Of a stretch of 64,000 bases of DNA, positions 53,910-62,756 are shown piece by piece. Position numbers and translations under genes: made by a program. Position 1 is the first letter of the stretch; the number at the start of each line of letters is the position of its first letter. Under the pieces are notes generated by a model. It was not told where the DNA came from. It was given only the letters and a program-made list of their open reading frames with translations, and ran no database searches. The stretch lies in the IMG/VR virus record IMGVR_UViG_3300046543_000266, positions 153,606-217,605 of that record, one strand, 5' to 3'.

Positions 53910-54425
53910 TTAGGCCATCACATCGTCGGGATCGAAGCCTTCGTCCATGCGCTTACGGCCGAAGGTCACCGGTTCTTGTGTGCGGCCCGTGTAGACCGGC
54001 GCTTGATGTTCGTGATCCGCGTTGCTCTGTGCCTCGACAGCTTCACGCACAGGCAACGACAGCACATTCTTGCCTACCACACCGTAGCGCAGGTGGAGCG
54101 GCTCGGCCACAGCCTTGTTGAGTGTGATGTCGGCTTCGATGGTGGACAGCCATGCCGGGTCGATTTGTCCCACCAGCTTCTGAATGTCGAATGCGAAGTG
54201 CTGCAAGATGGGGAGCGTCGTCGAGAACACCTGAACACGGCTGGACGTCGAGATACCCATGTTGGAGTTCGTGATCTCCAGGAACAGGCGCGTGGTGTTG
54301 GGCTTGACCTCGCCGTCGACCATCTGATCGATGCGGATCAGCGCGTAGCTGATGCTGCCGTTGTTGAAGTTTTGATGCGCGTCAGCTATGATGGTTTCCA
54401 GCTGCGAAGTGGCCTTGAGTTCCAT
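53910..54425 (-). CDS. Hypothetical protein
   Basis: RBS GGAG, 171 aa. Confidence 0.65.
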   Translation of the reverse strand: MELKATSQLETIIADAHQNFNNGSISYALIRIDQMVDGEVKPNTTRLFLEITNSNMGISTSSRVQVFSTTLPILQHFAFDIQKLVGQIDPAWLSTIEADITLNKAVAEPLHLRYGVVGKNVLSLPVREAVEAQSNADHEHQAPVYTGRTQEPVTFGRKRMDEGFDPDDVMA

Positions 54426-54569
54426 GATGTTCTCCAGTGTTTTGTTTGAATTCGAGTTGAAGCTGAAACTGATCGTCAGGTCAGAGGTCGCGGCACGGTT
54501 TCCAGTTGTCCCAGTTGTCCTGCTCGTTGCTTTCTACGATATAGGTCATGGCGATTCTCGGTTGGTCAG

Positions 54570-55277
54570 TCAATACTGCATGGTTGACGTGGTGTACATG
54601 GTGGTGAACATCGTCGGCTGCGGCTCGGCAGGGCATACGTACTCGGAGGCCATGCTGACAGCGTGTTCATGCACCGCTAGGTCCAGGGAGCTCAAGCTCA
54701 TGCGCTTGCGGCAAGTATCCAGCCGCTCTACCAGCATGATACCCAACGGCGATTCGGCAAACTCACCAGTCTTGCGGCTGAACTTACGTTGCAGGTACTC
54801 GTAGCGGCTGACTGCCCGCTGCAAGTTTGTCCGTGCCTCGTGGATCTGTTGGATCGTCTGGCGAAGCATGTCCTGCACGATAGCCACCGGTTCTTGCAGC
54901 CGGATGTCGAAGCGTGCGTCACCTTCGTTAGCCATCTGGTCGATGAGGTTGGTGAACGTTTGATTAACCAGATCGAGCGCCTTCGATTTCATCTGCTCGT
55001 CGGTGGGGCGGCGATATCCGACCGTATCGTAGAATTCCCGCATGGACACATCGCTGAGAACTTCATACGCTTCCTTGATTGCCTGGAAGCGCTTCTTGGC
55101 CTCGTCGGTGCCACCGTTGCGATCCGGGTGGAAGGCCATCGAAGCCTTGCGATACGCCCGGCGAATCTCGGTAGGCGTCGCCCCCTTATCCAGACCCAAG
55201 ACATCGTACAGGTCCGGAGCCTCGGGATCGAACAGGTCGTCTATGTCGAGCTCGGTTGTTACCATGGAGTTTGTCAT
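54570..55277 (-). CDS. J-domain (DnaJ-like) co-chaperone
   Basis: LYDVLGL...EIRRAYRK...FHPDRN...FQAIKEAYEVLSD, intact HPD. Confidence 0.9.
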   Translation of the reverse strand: MTNSMVTTELDIDDLFDPEAPDLYDVLGLDKGATPTEIRRAYRKASMAFHPDRNGGTDEAKKRFQAIKEAYEVLSDVSMREFYDTVGYRRPTDEQMKSKALDLVNQTFTNLIDQMANEGDARFDIRLQEPVAIVQDMLRQTIQQIHEARTNLQRAVSRYEYLQRKFSRKTGEFAESPLGIMLVERLDTCRKRMSLSSLDLAVHEHAVSMASEYVCPAEPQPTMFTTMYTTSTMQY

Positions 55278-55291
55278 TTATGAATTCGGTT

Positions 55292-55478
55292 TGTTGAAGT
55301 CGGCAGGAATCGAACCTGCTTCGCGGGGATCAATCCGCATCTATGCCAATCTAATACGACCCAAGCAATCCAGACCTGCGAGTCGGTTCACTGCATTTCC
55401 GTGGCGTTGTACGGACGACCCGATTCCTGTTGCATAGGTCAAACACATAGGTTCCGCACGCAGTGGTTATGTCTGGCA
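55292..55478 (-). ncRNA. Candidate ~185-nt RNA: multistem 5' domain + tRNA-like 3' domain
   Basis: Follows the AGTAAATA motif. CCAGAC/GTCTGG, CACTGC/GCAGTG and CCGT/ACGG stems, then GGGTCG/CGACTT acceptor and GCAGG-TTCGATT-CCTGC T arm. Confidence 0.55.
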
Positions 55479-55483
55479 CTTGG

Positions 55484-55491
55484 TATTTACT
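55484..55491 (-). promoter_or_regulatory. AGTAAATA motif
   Basis: Intergenic, directly upstream of the structured RNA. Confidence 0.6.
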
Positions 55492-55521
55492 GTGGTTGCC
55501 ATCGTCCGGTATTTGGTCCTT

Positions 55522-55881
55522 TTAGACGTCGGTATCCACAATAAACGGTTTGCACAAATGCGGTCCGCGTTTTCCGCACGCGTGACAAACTGGACCGCGG
55601 CGATTTGGCGAATCGGGACGTGTCGGAATCTTGGTGTAGTTGCCGGGTTTCAGACCAGCCGCAGGATTTATCGGCATCGCGTTTTCGATACCGCGCATCT
55701 GTTCACGAATCACGTTCGTCGTGTGTTCGCGCTCGGCAGCCAACGCTTCCTCGATTGCCGACACGAAGTGCTGGATGTACGGTCGAGTGCCTTCAGTGAG
55801 CGCCCTCGTCGCATGTTTGTTGGCAATCTGCAGTATCACTTCCTGCGGCAGGTGAAGATTCTTCGCGAATAGCATGCTCAT
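55522..55881 (-). CDS. Hypothetical protein with C-terminal Zn knuckle
   Basis: CHACGKRGPHLC. Confidence 0.6.
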   Translation of the reverse strand: MSMLFAKNLHLPQEVILQIANKHATRALTEGTRPYIQHFVSAIEEALAAEREHTTNVIREQMRGIENAMPINPAAGLKPGNYTKIPTRPDSPNRRGPVCHACGKRGPHLCKPFIVDTDV

Positions 55882-56419
55882 GGCGTTGGAATGTGTGTTG
55901 AGGTTCGTCTTGCGGGTCGCGACCTTGTTTCACAGGGTCGAGAACAACGTCGCTGTCTTCGTCAGCGTTGAGCCAGCCGCGTATCTCGATGTCCTGCCAC
56001 GCCTGACGCATGGTCACCAGTTCGGACTTGTCCATGAGTTTCAACGACATGCGACAGAACTCTTCCAGCTTGTCGATCAGCTCTTCGTCGATGATCCGGT
56101 CGTGGCGCACGGTGCGGAGCACGCTGAGGATGCTGTCGTTGTGGATGTCGGGATTGCTCGGATCGTCGAGTACATCTTGGCCGCGCCACACCTTCTTGAT
56201 GATTTCGGGCTTGCTGATAAGGCGCAGGTGCAACACGAACTGCGAGAAGTTCTGTAGCTTGTCGAGATCAGTCTCGTTGAGCTCACCGTTGCGAAGGTTC
56301 GTGATTGTTTCGACAACTCGGCGACGATACGTCTGCACGTAGTTGTAGTGTTGATGGAACAGTTGCGGGTCTCGATGCACACGCTTCTTCGTCGGGATCT
56401 TGGATCGATTCTTTGCCAT
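55793..56419 (-). CDS. Hypothetical protein with internal helical repeat
   Basis: LDKLQNFSQFVL / IDKLEEFCRMSL repeat. Confidence 0.6.
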   Translation of the reverse strand: MAKNRSKIPTKKRVHRDPQLFHQHYNYVQTYRRRVVETITNLRNGELNETDLDKLQNFSQFVLHLRLISKPEIIKKVWRGQDVLDDPSNPDIHNDSILSVLRTVRHDRIIDEELIDKLEEFCRMSLKLMDKSELVTMRQAWQDIEIRGWLNADEDSDVVLDPVKQGRDPQDEPQHTFQRHEHAIREESSPAAGSDTADCQQTCDEGAH

Positions 56420-56448
56420 GTCGGGTGTTCTTGAATGCTCCGTTGTGG

Positions 56449-56472
56449 AAAGGGGGAACCCGAAGGCTCCCC
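56449..56472 (-). terminator. UUCG-tetraloop hairpin + U3
   Basis: GGGGAGCC-TTCG-GGTTCCCC followed by CTTTCCAC. Confidence 0.5.
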
Positions 56473-56484
56473 GTGTGAACTACT

Positions 56485-57462
56485 TTACTCGGCGTCACCC
56501 CAGTCCGGATCGCGCTCGACGACGGCCGTCGGTTGTTTGATCACACCGTCTTCGGCGACCCACGGCTTGAGGTTGGCTTCGGCTTCCTCTTCGGCGATGC
56601 GCACGTCCAGCGGTTCGGCCGGTTCTTCGGTGAACTCCACGTCGGTAACGGCTTCGGCCGGCGATTCGTTGGCGAGCTCGACGGGCACCGCTTCGATCGA
56701 CCACGAGGCGCGCGTGCCGTTGTTGTCCGTGTAGTTGACATACGGTATGGACTGCGCTTGGTTGAGCTCGTCCTTCCCAACGAAGCGGAACACGTCGCCG
56801 ATCTTGAGTGCCAGGAATTCACCGGGCACGAAGTCCAGGTTGTTACCAGTCCAGATCTCGATCGGCTGCAGATTCGGCGACGGGTGCGGCAGCTTTTCAA
56901 ACAGCGACATGACGACGCCATGGAACAGGAAATCCTTCACGCGCTGTTCTTGCGGAAGGGCTTCGTAGGGAAGCATCGCCGGGTTGGTCTTGGCTTCCTC
57001 GTCCTTGACCTTGCCATATGTCCAGCCTTCCGCTTGCTTGGCTGCCATCCACGCTGCGTGTTGCTGTTCGGCAGTGGACGTCGGATTGCGCAGCTTGAAG
57101 ATCACGCCGTTGGTCATTGACTGCTTCTGCGCGTCGGACGCTTCGGCCCACGCGACGACGTCGTGACCGAGTGCCTTCAGGTACGACTGGTTGACTTCGT
57201 GCGCAACCTTCGCGATCGTCTCGATGTTGATGGTGCCCTGCACGTTGATGAAGCTGATCGGGTCGTCGTTCGTAACGATGATGTTGTAGCACTGGACATG
57301 ATCGCCGGTTGCCACGCTGACCGTCGGGTCGTTGTTGCGCAGAGCCGCGGCAAATCCTTCGGCGATGCGCGTGAGACTTTCGGTGTTGGGTTCGTTCGCC
57401 ACCTGAATGTGGAGAATGCGTTTTGCGTTGTGGATGGGTGTGCTGACTTGGACGTCGCTCAT
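56485..57462 (-). CDS. RyR-domain-containing protein
   Basis: IAKVAHEVN..Y...QHAAWMAAKQAEGWTYG.VKDEEAKTNPAMLPYEALPQEQRVKD. Confidence 0.8.
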   Translation of the reverse strand: MSDVQVSTPIHNAKRILHIQVANEPNTESLTRIAEGFAAALRNNDPTVSVATGDHVQCYNIIVTNDDPISFINVQGTINIETIAKVAHEVNQSYLKALGHDVVAWAEASDAQKQSMTNGVIFKLRNPTSTAEQQHAAWMAAKQAEGWTYGKVKDEEAKTNPAMLPYEALPQEQRVKDFLFHGVVMSLFEKLPHPSPNLQPIEIWTGNNLDFVPGEFLALKIGDVFRFVGKDELNQAQSIPYVNYTDNNGTRASWSIEAVPVELANESPAEAVTDVEFTEEPAEPLDVRIAEEEAEANLKPWVAEDGVIKQPTAVVERDPDWGDAE

Positions 57463-57926
57463 TGTTGGACTGCTCCTGTGTAAGATTATGGGACTGCGTT
57501 TGTGTACGCGTTGTTATTTACGGTAGGTGGGTGAGGCCGGAGTTAGCATCATTTGCGCACGTACATGAAGGAGATGAAGTGAAGATGACTGGTAGGGATA
57601 CGGATGACGTCTCTTTTCAAGTTTCCAGTAAAGCGAGCGAAGCGAGATTTACCACCAGCGAGCGCAGCGAGTCTGGTGAACCATCCTATACCACATGGGG
57701 GTGTGGGGGTGTGGGAATATGGTTCTCAAGTTTCATGCAATGACAACTACGGGCTTCGCCCTCCGTTGTCTAGGCATGGTACAGAACCTCCGAAGGAGGT
57801 AGAAAAGAGGAATCCTCAGCCTCAAAAACCTAGGTGTTAGGTGCAGAAATTTGCCTTAATAATATGTAATAATGGTATATACCTAACAGTAGTAAATAAG
57901 CCTCATGAGATGCTCGTGCGCAAACT
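57463..57926. other. Divergent intergenic region, candidate replication origin / control region
   Basis: Strand switch, GCGAGCG(A/C)AGCGAG direct repeat, G-tracts, several hairpins, AT-rich stretch. Confidence 0.4.
57891..57898 (+). promoter_or_regulatory. AGTAAATA motif
   Basis: Orientation flips with the strand switch. Confidence 0.65.
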
Positions 57927-60023
57927 GTGCTCGATCATGTTCGTTCGCAAATTTACCGGAGCACATTCTTGAACGTCGTTCACACTGTAAGTAGTCTGCC
58001 CGGCATGGGCAAAACCGAAGGGGCCGTGCGGTTGATGGCGAAACACCTGCTGTCCGACGCCGATGGTGTCGTGCTCTACGTGGCTCCTACAGTCATGCTT
58101 CTGAAGAAGGTGGAAGAGCGTCTGAAGGTCATGCTGCAATCAATGGGTGGCAAGCCGCGCCACGAAGCCAACATCCTCACGTACAACGAACTGCCGGGCG
58201 ACGGTGAAGGTGGCACCCCTCGCGGTGTGGTGCATAGCATTCTCGAAGACCTGAGCGGCAGTGCCCGAGCAGGTGGCAATCTGTTGATGAGCGCTCGGAA
58301 CAATGCTGTGGCATTCGTCACACACTCCGCGTTCTTCCTGCTGCCGTTCGAGTTCAAGAACAAAGAGCGCGTCAGTGTTGTCTTCGACGAGGCTCGGAAA
58401 TGCGTGTTCGAACCTACCGAGGTCGCACTCACTGAAAAGGAACTCGACCTGTTCAACACCTACATGCAGGACGATGCGTCGCCGCGTCCGTCTGAGTATC
58501 GGCAGGTCAGCTTCAACACTAAGAAGCTGCGCGATCTCGAGAAGCTGATGATCGATCTGCGTGCCAACAAAAGTATGAAGGCGTTCGAGGTCAACCGCTT
58601 TCTCGATATGGTGAAGGCGCTCAAGCGCGGCACTACTGAGGTCTACTATCTCAAGAAGCGATCTTCAAAGAAATATAAGGATGCCACTACCGGAGAACTG
58701 AAGTACCGCACGGCCCTCAAGTTCTACGAGGTCCACATTCCCGGCAAGGTGTTCTTCGGTTGGAAGCGAGTGGTGCTCATGTCAGCGTTTCTCGAACACA
58801 CTCAGCTATACGCCCTTCTGTGTCGTGGCGTGTTCAAGAGTGGCGCGGGCGTCTACACTATGGCGATAGTCAACGGCGTGTGGAAACCGAAGCCCGCCCG
58901 TCGCAACGTTGCGCACGACGTCGAACTCGTCGACGTGACTGAACGGGTTATCAAGGACTACAAGAAGCGGCACGCACAGATCATGCGGCGCTACTCCAAC
59001 GTCACGATCGTATCGTTGACCGGCAACAAAGATACGCCAGTAACAACTCGCAACCTTATCTCGTCGGAGAAGCTGAACGGTGTGGTAGTCAAGACCAAGG
59101 CGATGGCCGAGAAGGGTAAGAAGCAACTTGAAGAACTGTGGGAACGATCCGGCAGTGCCAACGGCATGGGTATCAAATCAATTCGCGAGATCCTGTACGC
59201 GACAGCCGAGTCCCGTCAGCGGCAAGTTCTCACGTCATTCGCCAAGGACTTGCGCGCATGGCATGACAAACTGAACAAGGCCGCCGAAGCTCCGTATCTG
59301 TGGTATCTAGAACAAGGCATCCACGTGGCCGGTCAGTGGTTCGACCGTAACAGTAACAGCAGTCCGGTTCCTCTGTTCCTCGCCAACAAGAACCACATGG
59401 CGGCGCTTCGGAGGCAGCGCCCTGACTTGCGTCGAATGGTCAAGAAACTCCCGTCTGCGTGCCACGGCCGCGACGACTTCAAGGACCACTGCATGTTGCT
59501 GTTCCAGGCAGCTATCAATCCGAAGCCGGAGGCGCGTGCCTTCTACGAAGGTCACATGCCGTGGTATGACTATAATCAAGATCACGTAGTAGACGTGGCA
59601 GTACAGGCCGCGACTCGCACGTCGATGCGGGATACATCAAAGACCGAACCAGTCTTGATCGTAGTGCCTGACCCACATCTAATGGGCTTGCTTGCCGAGC
59701 GCCTCGGTAACGTCACAACCAGTTTCGCGCAAGACGACTACGGTGTCCCGGGGGTCTACTCGATTTCACTGCGTCGGCCGAAGCAAGCTGTGGTCAAGCG
59801 GTATCAAACGTCGGACAAGGGCAAGGAAGCCATACGCCGTGCGCGGGCGAACGCCAAGAAGAGCCCACACTTCGCACGCATCAATAGCCTGACCACTCAG
59901 ATCGCACGCATCAACAAGAAGGGTGTGGACTCTCGCGAAACGAAGGCGCGTCTCGATGCATTGGTAGCTGAGCGTCTAGCAAAACGCGCACTCCATTCTC
60001 AGTGGATGAAAGACAACAAGTAA
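57927..60023 (+). CDS. Divergent SF2-like helicase / origin-binding-like ATPase
   Basis: SLPGMGKT, LYVAPT, VTHSAF, VVFDEARK, late QAATRTSMR motif VI-like. Confidence 0.65.
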   Translation: MLDHVRSQIYRSTFLNVVHTVSSLPGMGKTEGAVRLMAKHLLSDADGVVLYVAPTVMLLKKVEERLKVMLQSMGGKPRHEANILTYNELPGDGEGGTPRGVVHSILEDLSGSARAGGNLLMSARNNAVAFVTHSAFFLLPFEFKNKERVSVVFDEARKCVFEPTEVALTEKELDLFNTYMQDDASPRPSEYRQVSFNTKKLRDLEKLMIDLRANKSMKAFEVNRFLDMVKALKRGTTEVYYLKKRSSKKYKDATTGELKYRTALKFYEVHIPGKVFFGWKRVVLMSAFLEHTQLYALLCRGVFKSGAGVYTMAIVNGVWKPKPARRNVAHDVELVDVTERVIKDYKKRHAQIMRRYSNVTIVSLTGNKDTPVTTRNLISSEKLNGVVVKTKAMAEKGKKQLEELWERSGSANGMGIKSIREILYATAESRQRQVLTSFAKDLRAWHDKLNKAAEAPYLWYLEQGIHVAGQWFDRNSNSSPVPLFLANKNHMAALRRQRPDLRRMVKKLPSACHGRDDFKDHCMLLFQAAINPKPEARAFYEGHMPWYDYNQDHVVDVAVQAATRTSMRDTSKTEPVLIVVPDPHLMGLLAERLGNVTTSFAQDDYGVPGVYSISLRRPKQAVVKRYQTSDKGKEAIRRARANAKKSPHFARINSLTTQIARINKKGVDSRETKARLDALVAERLAKRALHSQWMKDNK

Positions 60024-60034
60024 CGAGGAATCAA

Positions 60035-60175
60035 ATGAAAGCAGTCAAGAAGGTGCACACATCGCCCGACGAGTTTAACTCTGAGGGCTTCGACAAGGAC
60101 GGATTCCGACCTACCTACAGTGACGAGCGAACCAAAATCCGTGAGCGGGTACTACGTGAGCTGGCTAGTAAATAA
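60035..60175 (+). CDS. Small protein (46 aa)
   Basis: RBS GAGG, MKAVKKVHTSPDEF, read manually. Confidence 0.55.
   Translation: MKAVKKVHTSPDEFNSEGFDKDGFRPTYSDERTKIRERVLRELASK
60167..60174 (+). promoter_or_regulatory. AGTAAATA motif
   Basis: Overlaps a stop codon, upstream of DUF1653/Mre11 genes. Confidence 0.6.
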
Positions 60176-60209
60176 CACGGTCAACATACCTACACACCAA
60201 GGAGCCATC

Positions 60210-60512
60210 ATGCCCTACCAAATCGACACATCCACCAACGTCAAGACTGGCGAGTTCTTCCAACACTACAAGGGCGGCGTCTACGAGATTGTAACGCTGG
60301 CAATGAACGAGGGCGACGGCAAGACTATGGTCGTCTACAAGAACTGGGATGACGAGACCTTCGTCCGCCCGCTCGAAGAATTCGTCGCGGTGATGCCCGG
60401 TCTGCTAATGCCACCGGATACTCCGGTCCACCGCTTCAACCTCATCTGCGACAAGGCAGCACTGCGCGATCTGCAAGCGCACGAAGCAGCCAAGCGCTTG
60501 CGGGGCGTCTGA
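60210..60512 (+). CDS. DUF1653 family protein
   Basis: FQHYKGGVYEIV..A...MVVY...FVRPLEEF; RBS GGAG. Confidence 0.8.
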   Translation: MPYQIDTSTNVKTGEFFQHYKGGVYEIVTLAMNEGDGKTMVVYKNWDDETFVRPLEEFVAVMPGLLMPPDTPVHRFNLICDKAALRDLQAHEAAKRLRGV

Positions 60513-61549
60513 TGGCTGAGTTCATCGGGATAGGGGATTTGCATCTTACCAGCGCAGACGGTTCTGGTGGACTGGCGAAGTACATTCAGAACCCCAACGA
60601 AATGGTGATGGAGGAACTACTGACGGTCCTCCAGTGGGCGCGCAAGAAGGGCATCTCGAAGGCGATCTTCTACGGCGACGTGTGCGACAGCCCGCGCATG
60701 AGCTACGAAGCGTTGATCGCCTTCACGAAGTTCCTGTCCGAGAACGACGACTTCATGTTCTACATCATCTTGGGCAACCACGATATGTATGGTGAGACGC
60801 CGGAGACCGGGCACAGCCTCGAAGTGCTCCAGCTGCTGTACTCGAAGAAGAACGTGCGCTTCATCACCAAGCCCCGGACGCTCGACATCGACGGGGCTAA
60901 GGTGCGGTTCCTGCCGTACCCGTTCGAGAACTTCGACAAGAATGCCCTCAACGTTTTCCACAAGGAAGTGTACGGATCGAAGGGTGACAGCGGCCGGGTC
61001 ATGGAAGGCGACGATATGTCGAAGAGCAAGGCTGTGGTTGTGGCCGGTCACTTGCATACCGCACATCGGGTTCGCAACACGTTCTACAGTGGAACGCTGT
61101 ATCAGACCAACTTCGGCGAGTCACAAGATAAGTTCTTCCATCACATCGACTTCCACAGCCCGTCCGAGTACAGTATTGAGTTGGTGCCTCACAAGCCGAA
61201 GTACGTGTTGCATAACGTGGTGCTCCAGTCCCGCGCTGATCTAGCAACTATCCCGACTGGCGAGACCAATCTGGTGAAGCTGGTAGTGCAAGACGGTGCC
61301 GACGTAACGGCTGCCGACTATGCCAACCGTCCGAACATCGCAGTCGTCAAGAACTTCAAATCGAAGGACGATCTGCACGCGGTGCTGACCGAGGATCTGA
61401 CTGAGGGCAAGCAACTGGTGGTACGCACCGAGGACTTCTTCAGGGCGTGGATCGATAGTCTCGACGTAGAAAGCGCCATGCGCAAGCGCGTCCGTCAAGT
61501 ACGCCGTCGTGTTTTAGAAGCAGTCCCATCAAAGATGGAGCGTGTATGA
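60512..61549 (+). CDS. Mre11/SbcD-like metallophosphoesterase nuclease (gp47-like)
   Basis: GDLHL, YGDVCD, LGNHD, AGHLHT, YSGTLYQTNFGE. Confidence 0.88.
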   Translation: MAEFIGIGDLHLTSADGSGGLAKYIQNPNEMVMEELLTVLQWARKKGISKAIFYGDVCDSPRMSYEALIAFTKFLSENDDFMFYIILGNHDMYGETPETGHSLEVLQLLYSKKNVRFITKPRTLDIDGAKVRFLPYPFENFDKNALNVFHKEVYGSKGDSGRVMEGDDMSKSKAVVVAGHLHTAHRVRNTFYSGTLYQTNFGESQDKFFHHIDFHSPSEYSIELVPHKPKYVLHNVVLQSRADLATIPTGETNLVKLVVQDGADVTAADYANRPNIAVVKNFKSKDDLHAVLTEDLTEGKQLVVRTEDFFRAWIDSLDVESAMRKRVRQVRRRVLEAVPSKMERV

Positions 61550-61998
61550 CCCCTACCGTTACTCAAGTCAAAGTCGTTGCCATCGAACTCGACAGGCGTG
61601 CGTGCGCCAATCAACTGTCCGACATGTCGTTCCCACCCTCGTTCTCACGGATGGTACTCGAGACGGTTCGCAACTACGAGAACCCCAATCAGCTGATGAC
61701 TGCGCATGTGCTGTACGCGGAAAGCGCCGATCTGATCCTGCCGTTGGGTATCGTCTCGCGCTACTATCCGTATCAGTACGACGCGCGGATTGCGGTTGTC
61801 AAGAATCAGAATCTGCCCTATTACGCACACGCGTACCTGCCGAGCGCCGATCGCTACCCTGATGCCGCCATGTGCATCTTCCAAGGTTCCCACGACACAC
61901 TCGAAGCGGCTACCCTCAGTATCCAGGAACGCTGGCTGCTGATTCAGCAATCCATGTCGATGGTCACCATTCAACCTCTCGAGACACCCCATGTTTAA
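61546..61998 (+). CDS. Hypothetical protein
   Basis: 150-aa ORF, ATGA overlap. Confidence 0.7.
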   Translation: MTPTVTQVKVVAIELDRRACANQLSDMSFPPSFSRMVLETVRNYENPNQLMTAHVLYAESADLILPLGIVSRYYPYQYDARIAVVKNQNLPYYAHAYLPSADRYPDAAMCIFQGSHDTLEAATLSIQERWLLIQQSMSMVTIQPLETPHV

Positions 61999-62194
61999 GA
62001 TTCTCATCACCACCATCTCGTACATCGTCGGCGGCCCCGGCATGAATAGCCAGACGGCGCTGCACACCATCGTCACGCAGTTCGGCAATCGCGAAGAAGC
62101 ACTGACCGCCGTCCGCATGATCAACGCGCAGAAGGAAGATACCCAGCTCCTCATTCAACGGGCGGTCCCGATGTTCGACCCGAAGAAACCATGA
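61991..62194 (+). CDS. Hypothetical protein
   Basis: 67-aa ORF in operon. Confidence 0.6.
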   Translation: MFKILITTISYIVGGPGMNSQTALHTIVTQFGNREEALTAVRMINAQKEDTQLLIQRAVPMFDPKKP

Positions 62195-62385
62195 TAATCC
62201 GCCGCCACGCCCGCAACGACTTCGTGGCCTTGCGCATATGCGAGACCATCGACGATTACAACGGCACCGTTTTCAGTGTGACGCACGACGGCGTGAAGTA
62301 CATCGTGTGGGCCAACATACATGACTCCAGGCTGTCGCAACTCGATGCTCAGCTGGACCACGTCTACATGGAGCCCGACAAATGA
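62191..62385 (+). CDS. Hypothetical protein
   Basis: 64-aa ORF, ATGA overlaps. Confidence 0.6.
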   Translation: MIIRRHARNDFVALRICETIDDYNGTVFSVTHDGVKYIVWANIHDSRLSQLDAQLDHVYMEPDK

Positions 62386-62756
62386 ACGGCAATCTTGAAG
62401 AACACGACGCCCGGCAGCAGACCATTCAGAATACGCTGTCTGCGTGCGCTGGCCTAATCCACCTTCTGATCGAAGCGCAGCGCAGCACTGACGCGCTGTC
62501 CGAGCCTGTTGCCCGTCCGGAGTACGGTGGGGAAAATCCGAAGCTGTTCGGTCACGGCAGTCAGGTGTCCCGCCTTGATGCCCTGCGCTTTCAGATGGAC
62601 CTGCTGAACAACTCCATGCACGCGCTCGACACTGATCTGCGTGCGCGTGCGGCTGACGTGGACGAAGCATTCCGCTACAAGGTCCAGTCACGTCAGACTG
62701 CGCTGGATGATGCGTTGCGCAATATGACCACGCTTACGGGAGTGCCAAAGCTGTGA
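62382..62756 (+). CDS. Hypothetical coiled-coil protein
   Basis: 124-aa ORF. Confidence 0.65.
   Translation: MNGNLEEHDARQQTIQNTLSACAGLIHLLIEAQRSTDALSEPVARPEYGGENPKLFGHGSQVSRLDALRFQMDLLNNSMHALDTDLRARAADVDEAFRYKVQSRQTALDDALRNMTTLTGVPKL

Noticed and set aside
55793-55881. 89-bp overlap between adjacent minus-strand ORFs as a recoding site
   Set aside because: No slippery sequence or stimulatory structure was seen. It is more likely a simple C-terminal run-on.
382-57483. Many long plus-strand ORFs in the track (e.g. 6303-7268, 13928-14896, 15324-16544, 19880-21010, 31768-33312) and minus-strand ORFs after 58 kb (e.g. 62815-63936)
   Set aside because: They are antisense shadows of real genes caused by strong GC3 bias. 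They are Arg/Val/Leu-rich with no motifs or RBS.
57658-57673. Similarity of GAGCGCAGCGAGTC to the ColE1/pUC origin-flanking sequence (from memory)
   Set aside because: Only ~14 nt, and part of a local direct repeat. No sign of vector contamination.
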